DNA from: a virus
Taxonomy: Duplodnaviria; Caudoviricetes
Strand: one strand, 5' to 3'
Length of the DNA stretch: 64,000 nt
IMG/VR virus record: IMGVR_UViG_3300020157_000005
Span: 1,769 to 65,768 of that record
In this document: positions 1-10,100 of the stretch, piece by piece
How the letters are laid out: every line of letters starts with the position of its first letter
Numbering within the stretch: position 1 is the stretch's first letter
The notes under the pieces: model-generated
Told to the model about the DNA's origin: nothing
Database searches by the model: none
The model's input: only the letters and a program-made list of their open reading frames with translations
Translations under genes and position numbers: made by a program

Positions 1-38
1 ACTCATGTTATATGATTAGGTTCACAGACCTCTCTTTA

Positions 39-63
39 CAAAGGTAGTGAACTTAGTTAGATT
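39..63 (-). promoter_or_regulatory. Bacteroidota sigma-A-type -7 element (TACCTTTG) with upstream CTAACTAAGT box, driving the gene that runs off the left edge
   Basis: Minus strand reads AATCTAACTAAGTTCACTACCTTTG; same layout at 32050-32074 (-) and 38658-38682 (+); a minus-strand ATG lies at position 6. Confidence 0.6.
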
Positions 64-100
64 GTATATATAGATTACTGGAAATTCCTCACCAGATTAG

Positions 101-3100
101 TTAGCTCTTCCTTTTCTTCTTTTTCTTAGTATCTGCTCCACCTATACCGAAGTAGCTAGGACCTCTCATAGCCATCTGACCACCTCCGAATCCACCCATT
201 CCACCACCTGCCATCATCTTACCTCCGTAGTAGTTATTACCATCATCCTTAGTTACTTTTTTCCAGGTCTCTCCGGTTTTTGGATCTTTCCATGACTTTG
301 TTTCTGTAGTTGATTTATCATTAGCTAGTGAACTGATACCATATGGACCATCGTGTGCATATTCGTGATCTGGTGCTATCCTGTGGTAGTTACCATCTTT
401 GTCTTGTATGATATACCCTGTAGCCTTTTCATCAGCACCTAACATCCAGTTCTGAGCCCTTCTCTGTGCCTCTTTACTGGATACAGATTGTGCTGCTCCG
501 AATATACGTTCATTGTGTGCTTCTTTAGCAGCGGCTTGTCTATCCAGTTTCTGTGAGTCCAGTTGTAGGTTCATCGCATCTCTCCTATCCAGTCTTTCTA
601 TATTACGACCCCTTATACCACCTTGGTTTTGTTGGTTGTACTGTAGTTCCTGGGCATCTACCTGTTTCAGTTTCTCTGCCATTTCTCCGGCTATTGCAGC
701 TTGTGCTCCTGGGTTATTAGCAGCGGCTTTCATAGCAGGTCCGTATGCCTGTTGTATATCGTTCTTCTGATTCTGAAATGATATAGAGTAGGTATCTTCG
801 AGGTTAGTACGTGCCTGTAGACTCTGTACAGGGTCTATCTGATCGAATGCACTCATGATCTCCGGTAGGTAGTCAGTTATTCCAGCCCTATTCCGTATTC
901 CCTTATGGGTAGTTGGTCTCTGTGCTGGAGTGTACTTGTTGAGTTCTGCATTAGGAACCTTCATCATACTACCATCTGGACCAGGTTGTGTATTGAGTTT
1001 TTCTCTCTTATTCCAGTCTACTTCAGGTACTGTAATATGTGGGTTGTCATCACCTACTGGTACTATATACGGAGGATATGCTACACTCATGTAGTCAGGA
1101 GGATTAGGTGTCTGTGTATATTTTCCTGCATGTTCTTTTACATTCCTATACCCAGGTCCCCATAGTGCCAGTTTACCTTCTCCTGGTAACTTAGCATTCT
1201 TTCTACCCTGCCCATAGTCTTCAGTGAACATCTCTGGGTTGCTCTTCCTAAGATCTTCAAATTCTGCTATATCCTGAGCTGTTAGTGGTGTATTGTCACG
1301 TTGTGCTGCAGGAACCTTAGCTCCTTTAGCAGCAAATATCATATCACCGGGTACTGTAGTAGGGCTCTTGGTTATATATGACCGTGGTTTACCACCAGCA
1401 CTACCGTCATTGGCCCAGTCCTTTCTCATTGTCATAGGTGCTATATCGTATACAGGTGTTATCTGGCTGTGTTGTGTTGGCATTGCCGGTGTGATCTGTA
1501 GTGGTTGATATAATGACCCTCCTGTCCGATATACTTCTTCTGATGTTTGAGGAGATTGTACATCAGTAAATTGAGGTTTAGTTGCGATGTTATACTCTCT
1601 AGGATATTGAGGAGTTAGAGTTCGAGGATTTATAGGATAACTGGAAGGTTCGCTATAGTGTAAACCTTCTAAAGCACGTATACTCTCACCTCTATCATCA
1701 AGTCCTTGTTCATCATCTTTTGTCCATGGAGTAAACCTCTTCAGTAAAGTTGGGTACTTCACCTGTTCAACATACTCTTGTCTACTTTGAGGTGCTACCA
1801 TTGAAAGTTTGTCATTCATAGGGCCCCCTGCAGCCATCTTGACTCCATACTTTGCTGATAGCTTCTGTGCATCCTTCATGTAGTTACCTACTTTCTTAGG
1901 GTCCATACCCATCTTCTCAGCTATATCATTCTGCATATTCATATCGTCCATTACTAGCTGTTTGGCTGTATCTGTCTTCACTTTATTCTGAGCATATATA
2001 TCTGCCAGCACTTTACCACTGTTAAATGAGGGACCTTGATAGTTAGCTCCAGGTTGGTTGGTGTTGAGTAGGTAGTTCACCTTGGTCTGCATTTTATCAT
2101 TCTTCATCTCTGCCTTGGCTATTATCTCACCCACTTCCTTGTGTTTCATGTTGTTACCTACCTTCACTCCCATTTCAGCTAACTTCATAGCAGTCTCAGG
2201 TAGTGTACGTAGATTACCCAGTACATGCGGTGTACCTGTACGTGGTTCATTGGCTAGTATCTCCCCACCTTCAGCTTCTACATGTGTACCATTAGCATAT
2301 ATCTTTTGCCCGGTTTCTCCATTAGCATCTTCTTCACTGTGCCTATTGCCTAATAACTTGATAGAGTCCGTTGACTGATACTTTGCAGGACCTTGTACAT
2401 GTATTGGTGTATTACTGAAGCCACCTGCATCCATCTTCATGTATCCCCCATTGGCATATTGTTCAGTAGCTCTCATCATAGGGGCTACATACTTATAATG
2501 TTCTGCAAAATACTCTGCATCTGCCTCATTATTGAACTTCATAGCCTCTTTATCCTTTGAACTCGCTTTACTATTATATTGCAGTCCTTTACCCTTCTGC
2601 TGTATGAGAGGTACTGCATATTTGCCCATAGATGCCATGTAATGGGTACCTATACTACCTGCTGGTGGCATCTCCTCATTACTCCAGCTTGGTGCCTGTT
2701 CTTTACCTGTGAATGTATATGACTGTGGATAGTTCTGTACCATCCTGTGAGCTGCTGTATTACCCATAGCATCCGCAGTTGCCATTTTAGACTTCATCAT
2801 ACCTGTTCTCCAGTCATCATCCATCGGTCCACCATCTGCCATGTGTATACTCTTCACAGGATCATCAAAGTAGGTGTTCCTCTTACCTCTGTTGATACTA
2901 TCCGGGAACATCTTAGTACCTGTATATGCCTCTTCACTGGCACCTGATCTAACTGCATCTACAGAGTAACTAGGAGCCGGTGTACCTGTTGATGGTATTT
3001 TCTTACCTCTGGCCTTTGCCTTAGCTTCCTCTAATGTAGGGAACCCTGTAGCTTTCAGCCCTTGTGCTTGAGATACTGTAGATGCCTGTGGGCTATTGAA

Positions 3101-4192
3101 CCCTGTTCTCTCTGGCATATCTACAACAGGGTCCTTAGTAGGATACTGTGGTGATACCTTCTGACTACTATGTGCCCTATCAGTGAATGCTCCTACCTGG
3201 TTAGCTGCTAATGGGTGTGTACCATGCTCTTCAGTATAGTATGGAGTACCCTGTGCATTAACCTGTACATCAGTGTACTTCATCTTACTATATCCTGTTG
3301 TCTTCTTTCCTACCTTACCTTCATTAGCAGATGGTCCGAACTCCTTCTTCACTGTAGGGTCATTGGCACCTTCCTGTTGATACCTGATGATATCACTCTG
3401 TGGTATAGCCTGTGTAGGGTTATTCTGATTCCATTGATCTAGTGCTGCATTATTGAAGTTACCATGGTTGAGTGCGTCTGTACCGTACTGTGGATTGTTC
3501 TGATATTGGTTAGCGTGAAATGCGTTCCACCTATCCCAGTCAAGTGGCTGTTGTGGTTGAAACTGGTTAACATACGGCATCTGTATACCATCTGCTGCTT
3601 TCTTTCCTTTCTTCATCTTACCACCATTAGCATATGCAGCATGACTACCAGTACCCATTGGGTTACTATTGATAGCCATTTGGTATGGGTTAATGTTCTG
3701 ACGTACTGGAGTAGGTGGAGTTAGTACATTAGCTAACTGTGCACCAGCAGCCCACATATCACCAGCATTCCTACCAGCCCATTCACCAAACTGTTGAGCT
3801 CTCTGTCCAAACTTTGATGGGTTTTTTTGTATAGGTTGTACTGCAATATTCTCTGCCGGATTTATGGGAGGGATTGTACCTGGAGGGTTGCCTGGATTCT
3901 TCTTACTACCATTTATATCAGTTTGATCTGTTTCAGGAGCAAACCGTAAATCTCTATGAATATCAGGTGTCATGTATTCACTAGGCCGTTTACGGAGTAG
4001 AGGTTTGTTATTGTTGCTAGACTGATCATTTTTTTCAGTTGTGTCTGGGAGTAATGGCGTACCACTATTTGCTAATGCATACCCATACCTAGCCATTGGG
4101 TGAGCCTTGAAGAAGTGCTCCTCAGTTGGGAACTTCTTGTAGAATGCTGCCTCTGACTTAACCTTAGCTAACTTCATGAATTTGTGTGTCAT
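101..4192 (-). CDS. Large modular virion cargo/ejection protein (crAss-like), 1363 aa
   Basis: Downstream of the muzzle gene, where crAss-like phages encode ejected cargo; VEAEGGE motif, Q/A-rich helical C-terminal region, recurrent xAxGG motifs. Confidence 0.6.
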   Translation of the reverse strand: MTHKFMKLAKVKSEAAFYKKFPTEEHFFKAHPMARYGYALANSGTPLLPDTTEKNDQSSNNNKPLLRKRPSEYMTPDIHRDLRFAPETDQTDINGSKKNPGNPPGTIPPINPAENIAVQPIQKNPSKFGQRAQQFGEWAGRNAGDMWAAGAQLANVLTPPTPVRQNINPYQMAINSNPMGTGSHAAYANGGKMKKGKKAADGIQMPYVNQFQPQQPLDWDRWNAFHANQYQNNPQYGTDALNHGNFNNAALDQWNQNNPTQAIPQSDIIRYQQEGANDPTVKKEFGPSANEGKVGKKTTGYSKMKYTDVQVNAQGTPYYTEEHGTHPLAANQVGAFTDRAHSSQKVSPQYPTKDPVVDMPERTGFNSPQASTVSQAQGLKATGFPTLEEAKAKARGKKIPSTGTPAPSYSVDAVRSGASEEAYTGTKMFPDSINRGKRNTYFDDPVKSIHMADGGPMDDDWRTGMMKSKMATADAMGNTAAHRMVQNYPQSYTFTGKEQAPSWSNEEMPPAGSIGTHYMASMGKYAVPLIQQKGKGLQYNSKASSKDKEAMKFNNEADAEYFAEHYKYVAPMMRATEQYANGGYMKMDAGGFSNTPIHVQGPAKYQSTDSIKLLGNRHSEEDANGETGQKIYANGTHVEAEGGEILANEPRTGTPHVLGNLRTLPETAMKLAEMGVKVGNNMKHKEVGEIIAKAEMKNDKMQTKVNYLLNTNQPGANYQGPSFNSGKVLADIYAQNKVKTDTAKQLVMDDMNMQNDIAEKMGMDPKKVGNYMKDAQKLSAKYGVKMAAGGPMNDKLSMVAPQSRQEYVEQVKYPTLLKRFTPWTKDDEQGLDDRGESIRALEGLHYSEPSSYPINPRTLTPQYPREYNIATKPQFTDVQSPQTSEEVYRTGGSLYQPLQITPAMPTQHSQITPVYDIAPMTMRKDWANDGSAGGKPRSYITKSPTTVPGDMIFAAKGAKVPAAQRDNTPLTAQDIAEFEDLRKSNPEMFTEDYGQGRKNAKLPGEGKLALWGPGYRNVKEHAGKYTQTPNPPDYMSVAYPPYIVPVGDDNPHITVPEVDWNKREKLNTQPGPDGSMMKVPNAELNKYTPAQRPTTHKGIRNRAGITDYLPEIMSAFDQIDPVQSLQARTNLEDTYSISFQNQKNDIQQAYGPAMKAAANNPGAQAAIAGEMAEKLKQVDAQELQYNQQNQGGIRGRNIERLDRRDAMNLQLDSQKLDRQAAAKEAHNERIFGAAQSVSSKEAQRRAQNWMLGADEKATGYIIQDKDGNYHRIAPDHEYAHDGPYGISSLANDKSTTETKSWKDPKTGETWKKVTKDDGNNYYGGKMMAGGGMGGFGGGQMAMRGPSYFGIGGADTKKKKKRKS

Positions 4193-4195
4193 AGT

Positions 4196-7105
4196 CTAAT
4201 ATTTTGATAACCACTTCTTGTTAATTGCTCCACCGTATTGTTTCTTAACTGGATTTGCCGATGGTATAATACCTGTATTTTTGTAAAAACTATTAACCTT
4301 GTTTATTAAACTGCTCTGTTTTTTCTCATCTTCTATCCTCTTTTGTCCAGATTTTGAGTACTTCCTAAAAGGGTGTTCGTTATCTTCTCCGCTTCCAGAT
4401 GTAATGTAACCATTCTTATAGAGACCATATGCACCAATAACCCCTAAAGCCCCTGCTTGTACTTTAGCAAGATTCACTAAAGTCTTTCTCATCGCATGTG
4501 CCCGTGCTATTCTTTGAGAGAGTTTATACTGTTCATCTTCAAGAGCATATCTCTTATTCATTGATTCATCGTATGCTTTTCTTTCAGATACAGTATATTT
4601 TTCAACTTTACCTTTTCTTATTGCATATTGAGCATTCAGTTGACTTTTAACATCTAATAGCCGTTTATTCATAATTTCATCTGCGCCATTAAGAATATTT
4701 GTGTACTCCTTAAACTTACCCACACTCATAGTTTTAAGGTCAGAGGTTGAACGCATTGTTTGATGCATTGCCTGTCTCCTTTGTAGTAATGATTTAGTGG
4801 AGGGCATATCCTTACTTAAAGCATATAATAAAGCATCTACTCTATCATCAAAATTACCTAATGTAGATGCGTAGGATGAATTTCCATATGTACCATTTGT
4901 TACAACTCTAATACCCGTTGCTTTAGATACTTCATCAAGTACAGCCTTAGCTTGAGGTTTATTTGCAAGGTGTTCTATGAGTGTTCCTGGACTTCTTACA
5001 TTTGCCAAACCCCATTCAACTCCATGGTCTTCCATTATATTCGCTACCTTTGTCGCCTCATCTGCAGTAAACTTTATTTTCCCATCAGTGGCTTTTCTTA
5101 TACTTAATGTATAGGAGAGAGGGTCTTCTTTATTTAAAAGATTATTTATACTAACTTGTTTATGACTGTATACAGCCATACCATGCTGTGAGTCACCGAG
5201 GAGAACGTGATTTAATCCAGCCCCCATATTCTGTCCTCCCTTACCTGGTGCCCAATTCTTTAATGCCTCCTCTATATTATTATCGTTATTAACACTTCTA
5301 CTCAGTGTAGTTTGGTTCATAAAAAAGTCATTCAATACAAGTTGCATCCTCTTAGGATCTGCTGCAATATGTTCATTGTTTCCAATGAAGTTCATTGAGT
5401 TAAGTATTTTATGATTATTTTCAACATCAGATAATTGAGCTGGATCAAATTGGTGACCAATGTTCCCCTTGGAACCAACTAGTTTCTGCATATATTGTTT
5501 CTGTGCCTCCAATACTTTATCAGGGTCTGCAAGATGTATATACTGATCAATCTTTGTTATATGCTTATTTTTAGTACTTTCATAAGCATCCATTATAGTC
5601 TTGATTGTAGGATCCGTCTTTGCAATAAGTTCATCAGCTGTATACGGAATGTGTAGCGGTTTGTCTGTCTTAATACTATTCCTTGCTGCTTCTGCAAACT
5701 CATCTGGAGCAAATTGATGGAATAACTCACTAGCCCTGTCTCCTGTCGCATAACCATTCTCATCTTGTTCAATTACATTGAAGTCAATTTCTCCAGCTTT
5801 ACCTAACTTAGAATCTATTGTATGTGTTTGTGCCAGACCCGTATTCTGAATAAATGGTAACTTATCCTTTACATTCTTATCATAGTTTGTTTTGGATATA
5901 AGTACATCATAATCTCCAACCACATGAGGGAGGTCTGCACTGGCTACACCTTTGGCAGATCCAAACACCTTTCCCCCGGTCAAATTCTCAATGTGATCTA
6001 CATTACTCTTTACTGTGTTATGATAGTTATTTTCAATACTTACAGCAGAAATACTCTTATTTTCTGTAGTTACCTCTTTTCCTTTATTTGTAAACTCAGT
6101 TACAGTTGAAGGCAGTTCTATTTTAGGAGTTACTACTTCTCCTGTCTTGAAGTTTATAATAGGTGTCCCAGTAGTTGGTTTACCAAAAGTTTCATTTGCA
6201 AATGCTATCTTCCCATCATCAGTTATACTTGCTGCCTCTTTAATGGTACTTGCATTACTTATAGCCTTCTCCTTAGCATAAATACTATTATAAAGTGGAT
6301 TTATACTGTTGCGATTATCTGAAAGCTGGTTAAGCATACCATCCAGCTTATTTTCCTTTATATTTAATGCATATCGAGCTTTATTTATTTCATCAACTGC
6401 TTCCCTATGTTTTTGATACAGGTTCTCAAAGTCCTTATCTAAACCACTTATCTTGTATGGAGTAGCCGCATCTTTTACAGATTGAGGTATTGCATCAATA
6501 GTTTTTTCCCCATATTTTTTTAACCAGTTTGGTAAAAATGAAGATTTCGCTACCTGAGTACCTTCAGGAAGATATGATGCAGTTTTTGCAGCAATAGCCG
6601 CATTTGCTTTTATATAACCTTTTGCTGCAGTTTTTCCTAAATTGTATAACCCTTCAGCACCTTCAGCAGCAGTACCTGCATCAATTATCTTTTCTATAAA
6701 TTCATCAGCTCTTTGACCTTTGTTGTCTTCTTTTGCCCATTTGGTGTATCCTATAGGATTACCTTGATCATCTCTTCCTGCATCCCTGTTCATCTCATGC
6801 AATCTTTGTGCATGTTCTTCTTGTCCATATGGTGTATATACCGGTGCTGGTCCCATATGCTGAGACATAATATATTCTTGTTGTTTCTGTATATCAGCTT
6901 GTACAGCTTCATCATCAGCTCTTTTCTGAGTATACTTCAATAATGCATCAACTTGTTTCTGGGACATCTTTTGACCAGGTACATTAGCAGTAGTTGTTCC
7001 TACAGATATACCTCGTATTGGTTGTGTAGGTACAATAGCAGTTTGGTCAGGACTCCATTGGAGCTTGTCACCATCTTTAGCATACTTTGTTAACCACTTT
7101 GCCAT
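4196..7105 (-). CDS. Putative cargo protein with a Pol-beta-superfamily nucleotidyltransferase-like domain, 969 aa
   Basis: VFGS-x14-DYDVLI followed by EIDFNV; coiled-coil flanks; short hydrophobic stretch near the C-terminus; KWLTKY/KWLSKY at the termini. Confidence 0.55.
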   Translation of the reverse strand: MAKWLTKYAKDGDKLQWSPDQTAIVPTQPIRGISVGTTTANVPGQKMSQKQVDALLKYTQKRADDEAVQADIQKQQEYIMSQHMGPAPVYTPYGQEEHAQRLHEMNRDAGRDDQGNPIGYTKWAKEDNKGQRADEFIEKIIDAGTAAEGAEGLYNLGKTAAKGYIKANAAIAAKTASYLPEGTQVAKSSFLPNWLKKYGEKTIDAIPQSVKDAATPYKISGLDKDFENLYQKHREAVDEINKARYALNIKENKLDGMLNQLSDNRNSINPLYNSIYAKEKAISNASTIKEAASITDDGKIAFANETFGKPTTGTPIINFKTGEVVTPKIELPSTVTEFTNKGKEVTTENKSISAVSIENNYHNTVKSNVDHIENLTGGKVFGSAKGVASADLPHVVGDYDVLISKTNYDKNVKDKLPFIQNTGLAQTHTIDSKLGKAGEIDFNVIEQDENGYATGDRASELFHQFAPDEFAEAARNSIKTDKPLHIPYTADELIAKTDPTIKTIMDAYESTKNKHITKIDQYIHLADPDKVLEAQKQYMQKLVGSKGNIGHQFDPAQLSDVENNHKILNSMNFIGNNEHIAADPKRMQLVLNDFFMNQTTLSRSVNNDNNIEEALKNWAPGKGGQNMGAGLNHVLLGDSQHGMAVYSHKQVSINNLLNKEDPLSYTLSIRKATDGKIKFTADEATKVANIMEDHGVEWGLANVRSPGTLIEHLANKPQAKAVLDEVSKATGIRVVTNGTYGNSSYASTLGNFDDRVDALLYALSKDMPSTKSLLQRRQAMHQTMRSTSDLKTMSVGKFKEYTNILNGADEIMNKRLLDVKSQLNAQYAIRKGKVEKYTVSERKAYDESMNKRYALEDEQYKLSQRIARAHAMRKTLVNLAKVQAGALGVIGAYGLYKNGYITSGSGEDNEHPFRKYSKSGQKRIEDEKKQSSLINKVNSFYKNTGIIPSANPVKKQYGGAINKKWLSKY

Positions 7106-7121
7106 AGTACGAAGTTACATA

Positions 7122-10100
7122 TTATTTACTATCCTGAGTTTGAGTTATTGTGAACCGGCTCAGGAACTTCAGTGAATTGTTGTTATCTAACACTCTCCTC
7201 AACTTCATATCCTTGGCCCTTAGCTGGTACTTCCTAAATGATCGTACACCGTAGTCCAGGTTATTATCTACTAGTACTTTACGACCTTGTGTTGGGTCAC
7301 ATGTAGTCTCCCATATAGGTTGGTTAGTGTCCTTCACCTTGTCCCAATACATGTTAGTGTTATATATATGGTCTACCTTCTCTACTAATATAGCAGTGTT
7401 AGTGGGATTGTATATAGGGTACTGCCGGTATGTGTATAGGTTATTCTCGTCTTTTGGTACTACTACACAGGTACCGGTATTCTGTTGGTTGTTGTATGCT
7501 ACTATCTTGTTGAAGTAGACACACCCATCTAACTCATTGTACAGTGTTGGTGAGGTGTACTTCAGCACTGTGAGGTAGTCCTGTATACCCTGGAATATCT
7601 GGTCATCGTACTTGTATATGAATGGTGCCTCCAGTATATACGGATACTCTACTCCTCTGAATGTCTGATACAGTACGAATGTGCTGTTGTGATCCCATAC
7701 ATCCGGTGTACCGCTATTATATCCTGCCTGGAAGTAGTTGGTATGTTCTACATAGTAGTTGGGTATATAGGAGTGCCAGCTAATCCATGAGTTACTGATG
7801 AAGGAGAATGACATTGTTAATGACTTGTTACAGAAGTACTCAGGATCTCCGAGTTGTATTATTATCTTCTCAGTGCTAGTATTTGTAACAGTAGGTGTGG
7901 GGCACACAAAGGGTGGTACAATGTCATCCGTTCTTGGATTCCAACAGATTGTATCTATTGGTTTCACTCTAACGTACTCATAACCTTCAGGACAACATGT
8001 AGCAGTACCTGATATACCGGAGTTAACACCACATGATATTGGTAGTATAGCGTCACCTCCTTCATTTGGGTAACATCCTATATACTGTGGAGGGAAATCA
8101 GCAGGTGCTAATGTGTAATAATCAGGGCAGCATGTTACTACAGGTATACCCGGTGTTGGTGCTGGTGTTGTTTTTGATAATGTGTTATTAATGTAGAAGT
8201 TAGTACCATCGTATTGTAACCCTGTACCCGGTAGTATACTGTAGTCTATCTTAGTGATTAGCAACCTCTTATAGAAGTTATCGTAAGTACCATGTATACC
8301 TATACCATTGAAGTTGTTATCAATAGGGTAGTTAGGAAATGTGTTCAGTATCTGGAATGGTAAGTTATCCTGGAAGTACTTAGAGTTCAGGTATTTAGGT
8401 CCTGATAGTTCCTCTACACTGGTTCCTCTCATTAATACTATCTTCCCACGTAATACATCAGCCCATACATGCCCTTGTTCAGTATTGAGTAGGAATTTAT
8501 TCTGTGTACCCAGGAACCCTATATCCGTCTTATTGATCTGTACAGGTTGTGAGCCAGAGAATAATGCACCGGTACCGAGTACTGCAGTAATAGATGAGGT
8601 ATCTACAGTAGCCAGAGCATTGTACATTTCGAAGTCATTCTGATATCGTACTAGTACTGTCCTACCTTCTAATGTATCTAATGCCTGTAATGTTCCGAAC
8701 TTCTTAGGGAAATCGAATAGATTACCCGGTCTATATACCAGGTAGTTGTTCTTCGTCTCTTCCAGTGAACTTTTATCACTCCATATAGCCCTGTTGTTGT
8801 AGTCTATATAACATACCTGATCTGGTGCCCAATCTGGACGTAATGTAGTGAATGCTGTCTGCTTATTCTGCCCTGAGTACGTCTTATTGTATGTGTAGGT
8901 ATTATCGAATGCTATAGGTACATTGGTTTCCTGTAGCCACTCATCTGGTATACCGGTACCAACATTGGGCCAGAAGTTACCTTCCCTGATATTATATGCC
9001 TGTCTCATGGATACATTCACCTCACTCTCACAATAATAATTAATGACTCCATATGCATATAGGTACGCCATACCACGTTCATATAGATCAACAGTGCCAT
9101 AGTTGTTACACTCCAGGTTGGTTATCTTCAGTCCGAATGACTGGAAGAATACTGACCCGAATAGTTCAGCTACTAACTGCAACATAACCGCCACAAGTGC
9201 CAAACCTCCTGTGAGTATGAGTAGTGCTATATGACCTGGAGTATTGAACAAGCTACTAAGGTTGGTTAGTCCAGGCCCGAAGGGGTTATCTCCTGCCAGT
9301 GTCTCATTATCAGTACTATAGTAGTATATTGGATATCCTATATTCCCGGTATTGGTATGTGAGAATGCATCCTGGTTATAGTTGATATCGTATCCATCTG
9401 GTCTGTTGACAGTGCTCTTCAGATAGAATGCCTGTTTGATCTTCAGTGCGAATTGGTTAATGAAGCAATCACCCCCATATACTATAGGTATACTGGTATC
9501 GGTTAACCTACCCTGAGTACCTGTATCTACAGGTTGATATGAGAATATCTCTCCATATTGATCATCTAACTGCCTCTTCAGTGAGCAATAGTATGAAGAC
9601 ACCTCACGAGTGAATGGGTTGGACTGGTTACATACTCCAGCTTCTCCTGCAGTTGTACGTGATGTATCCTGTGGTATACCCAGTAATAGTCCGGATGTAT
9701 TAACCTGTTGATGGGTATATGGCAATACACTGTTAACGGATATATATACTGACGACTCTCTATCCGTATTATTCAACTGGAATGTATCTCCGAATGTGCT
9801 ATTGATGCCAGAGTTAACATACCCACCATGTTGTATGTACCGTATTTTATTACCTACATCATCAGGTATTACTGTGTAGTTATTGTACTGACCCAGACCG
9901 TTGTATTGCCATCCATAGTTGAAGTATGGTACCAACTTAGTGAGTACCTCCAACATAGCATTGTAGGTGGGTATGAAATTCTGTATATCCAACTTAGGCT
10001 GGAAGTGAGTGTTAGTAGTAGTAAGATCCTCAGTACCTGTAGTAGTTGAGTTGTTATTCTGTAACTCTATACTAATAGTAGACAAACAAGCAACTGCAAA

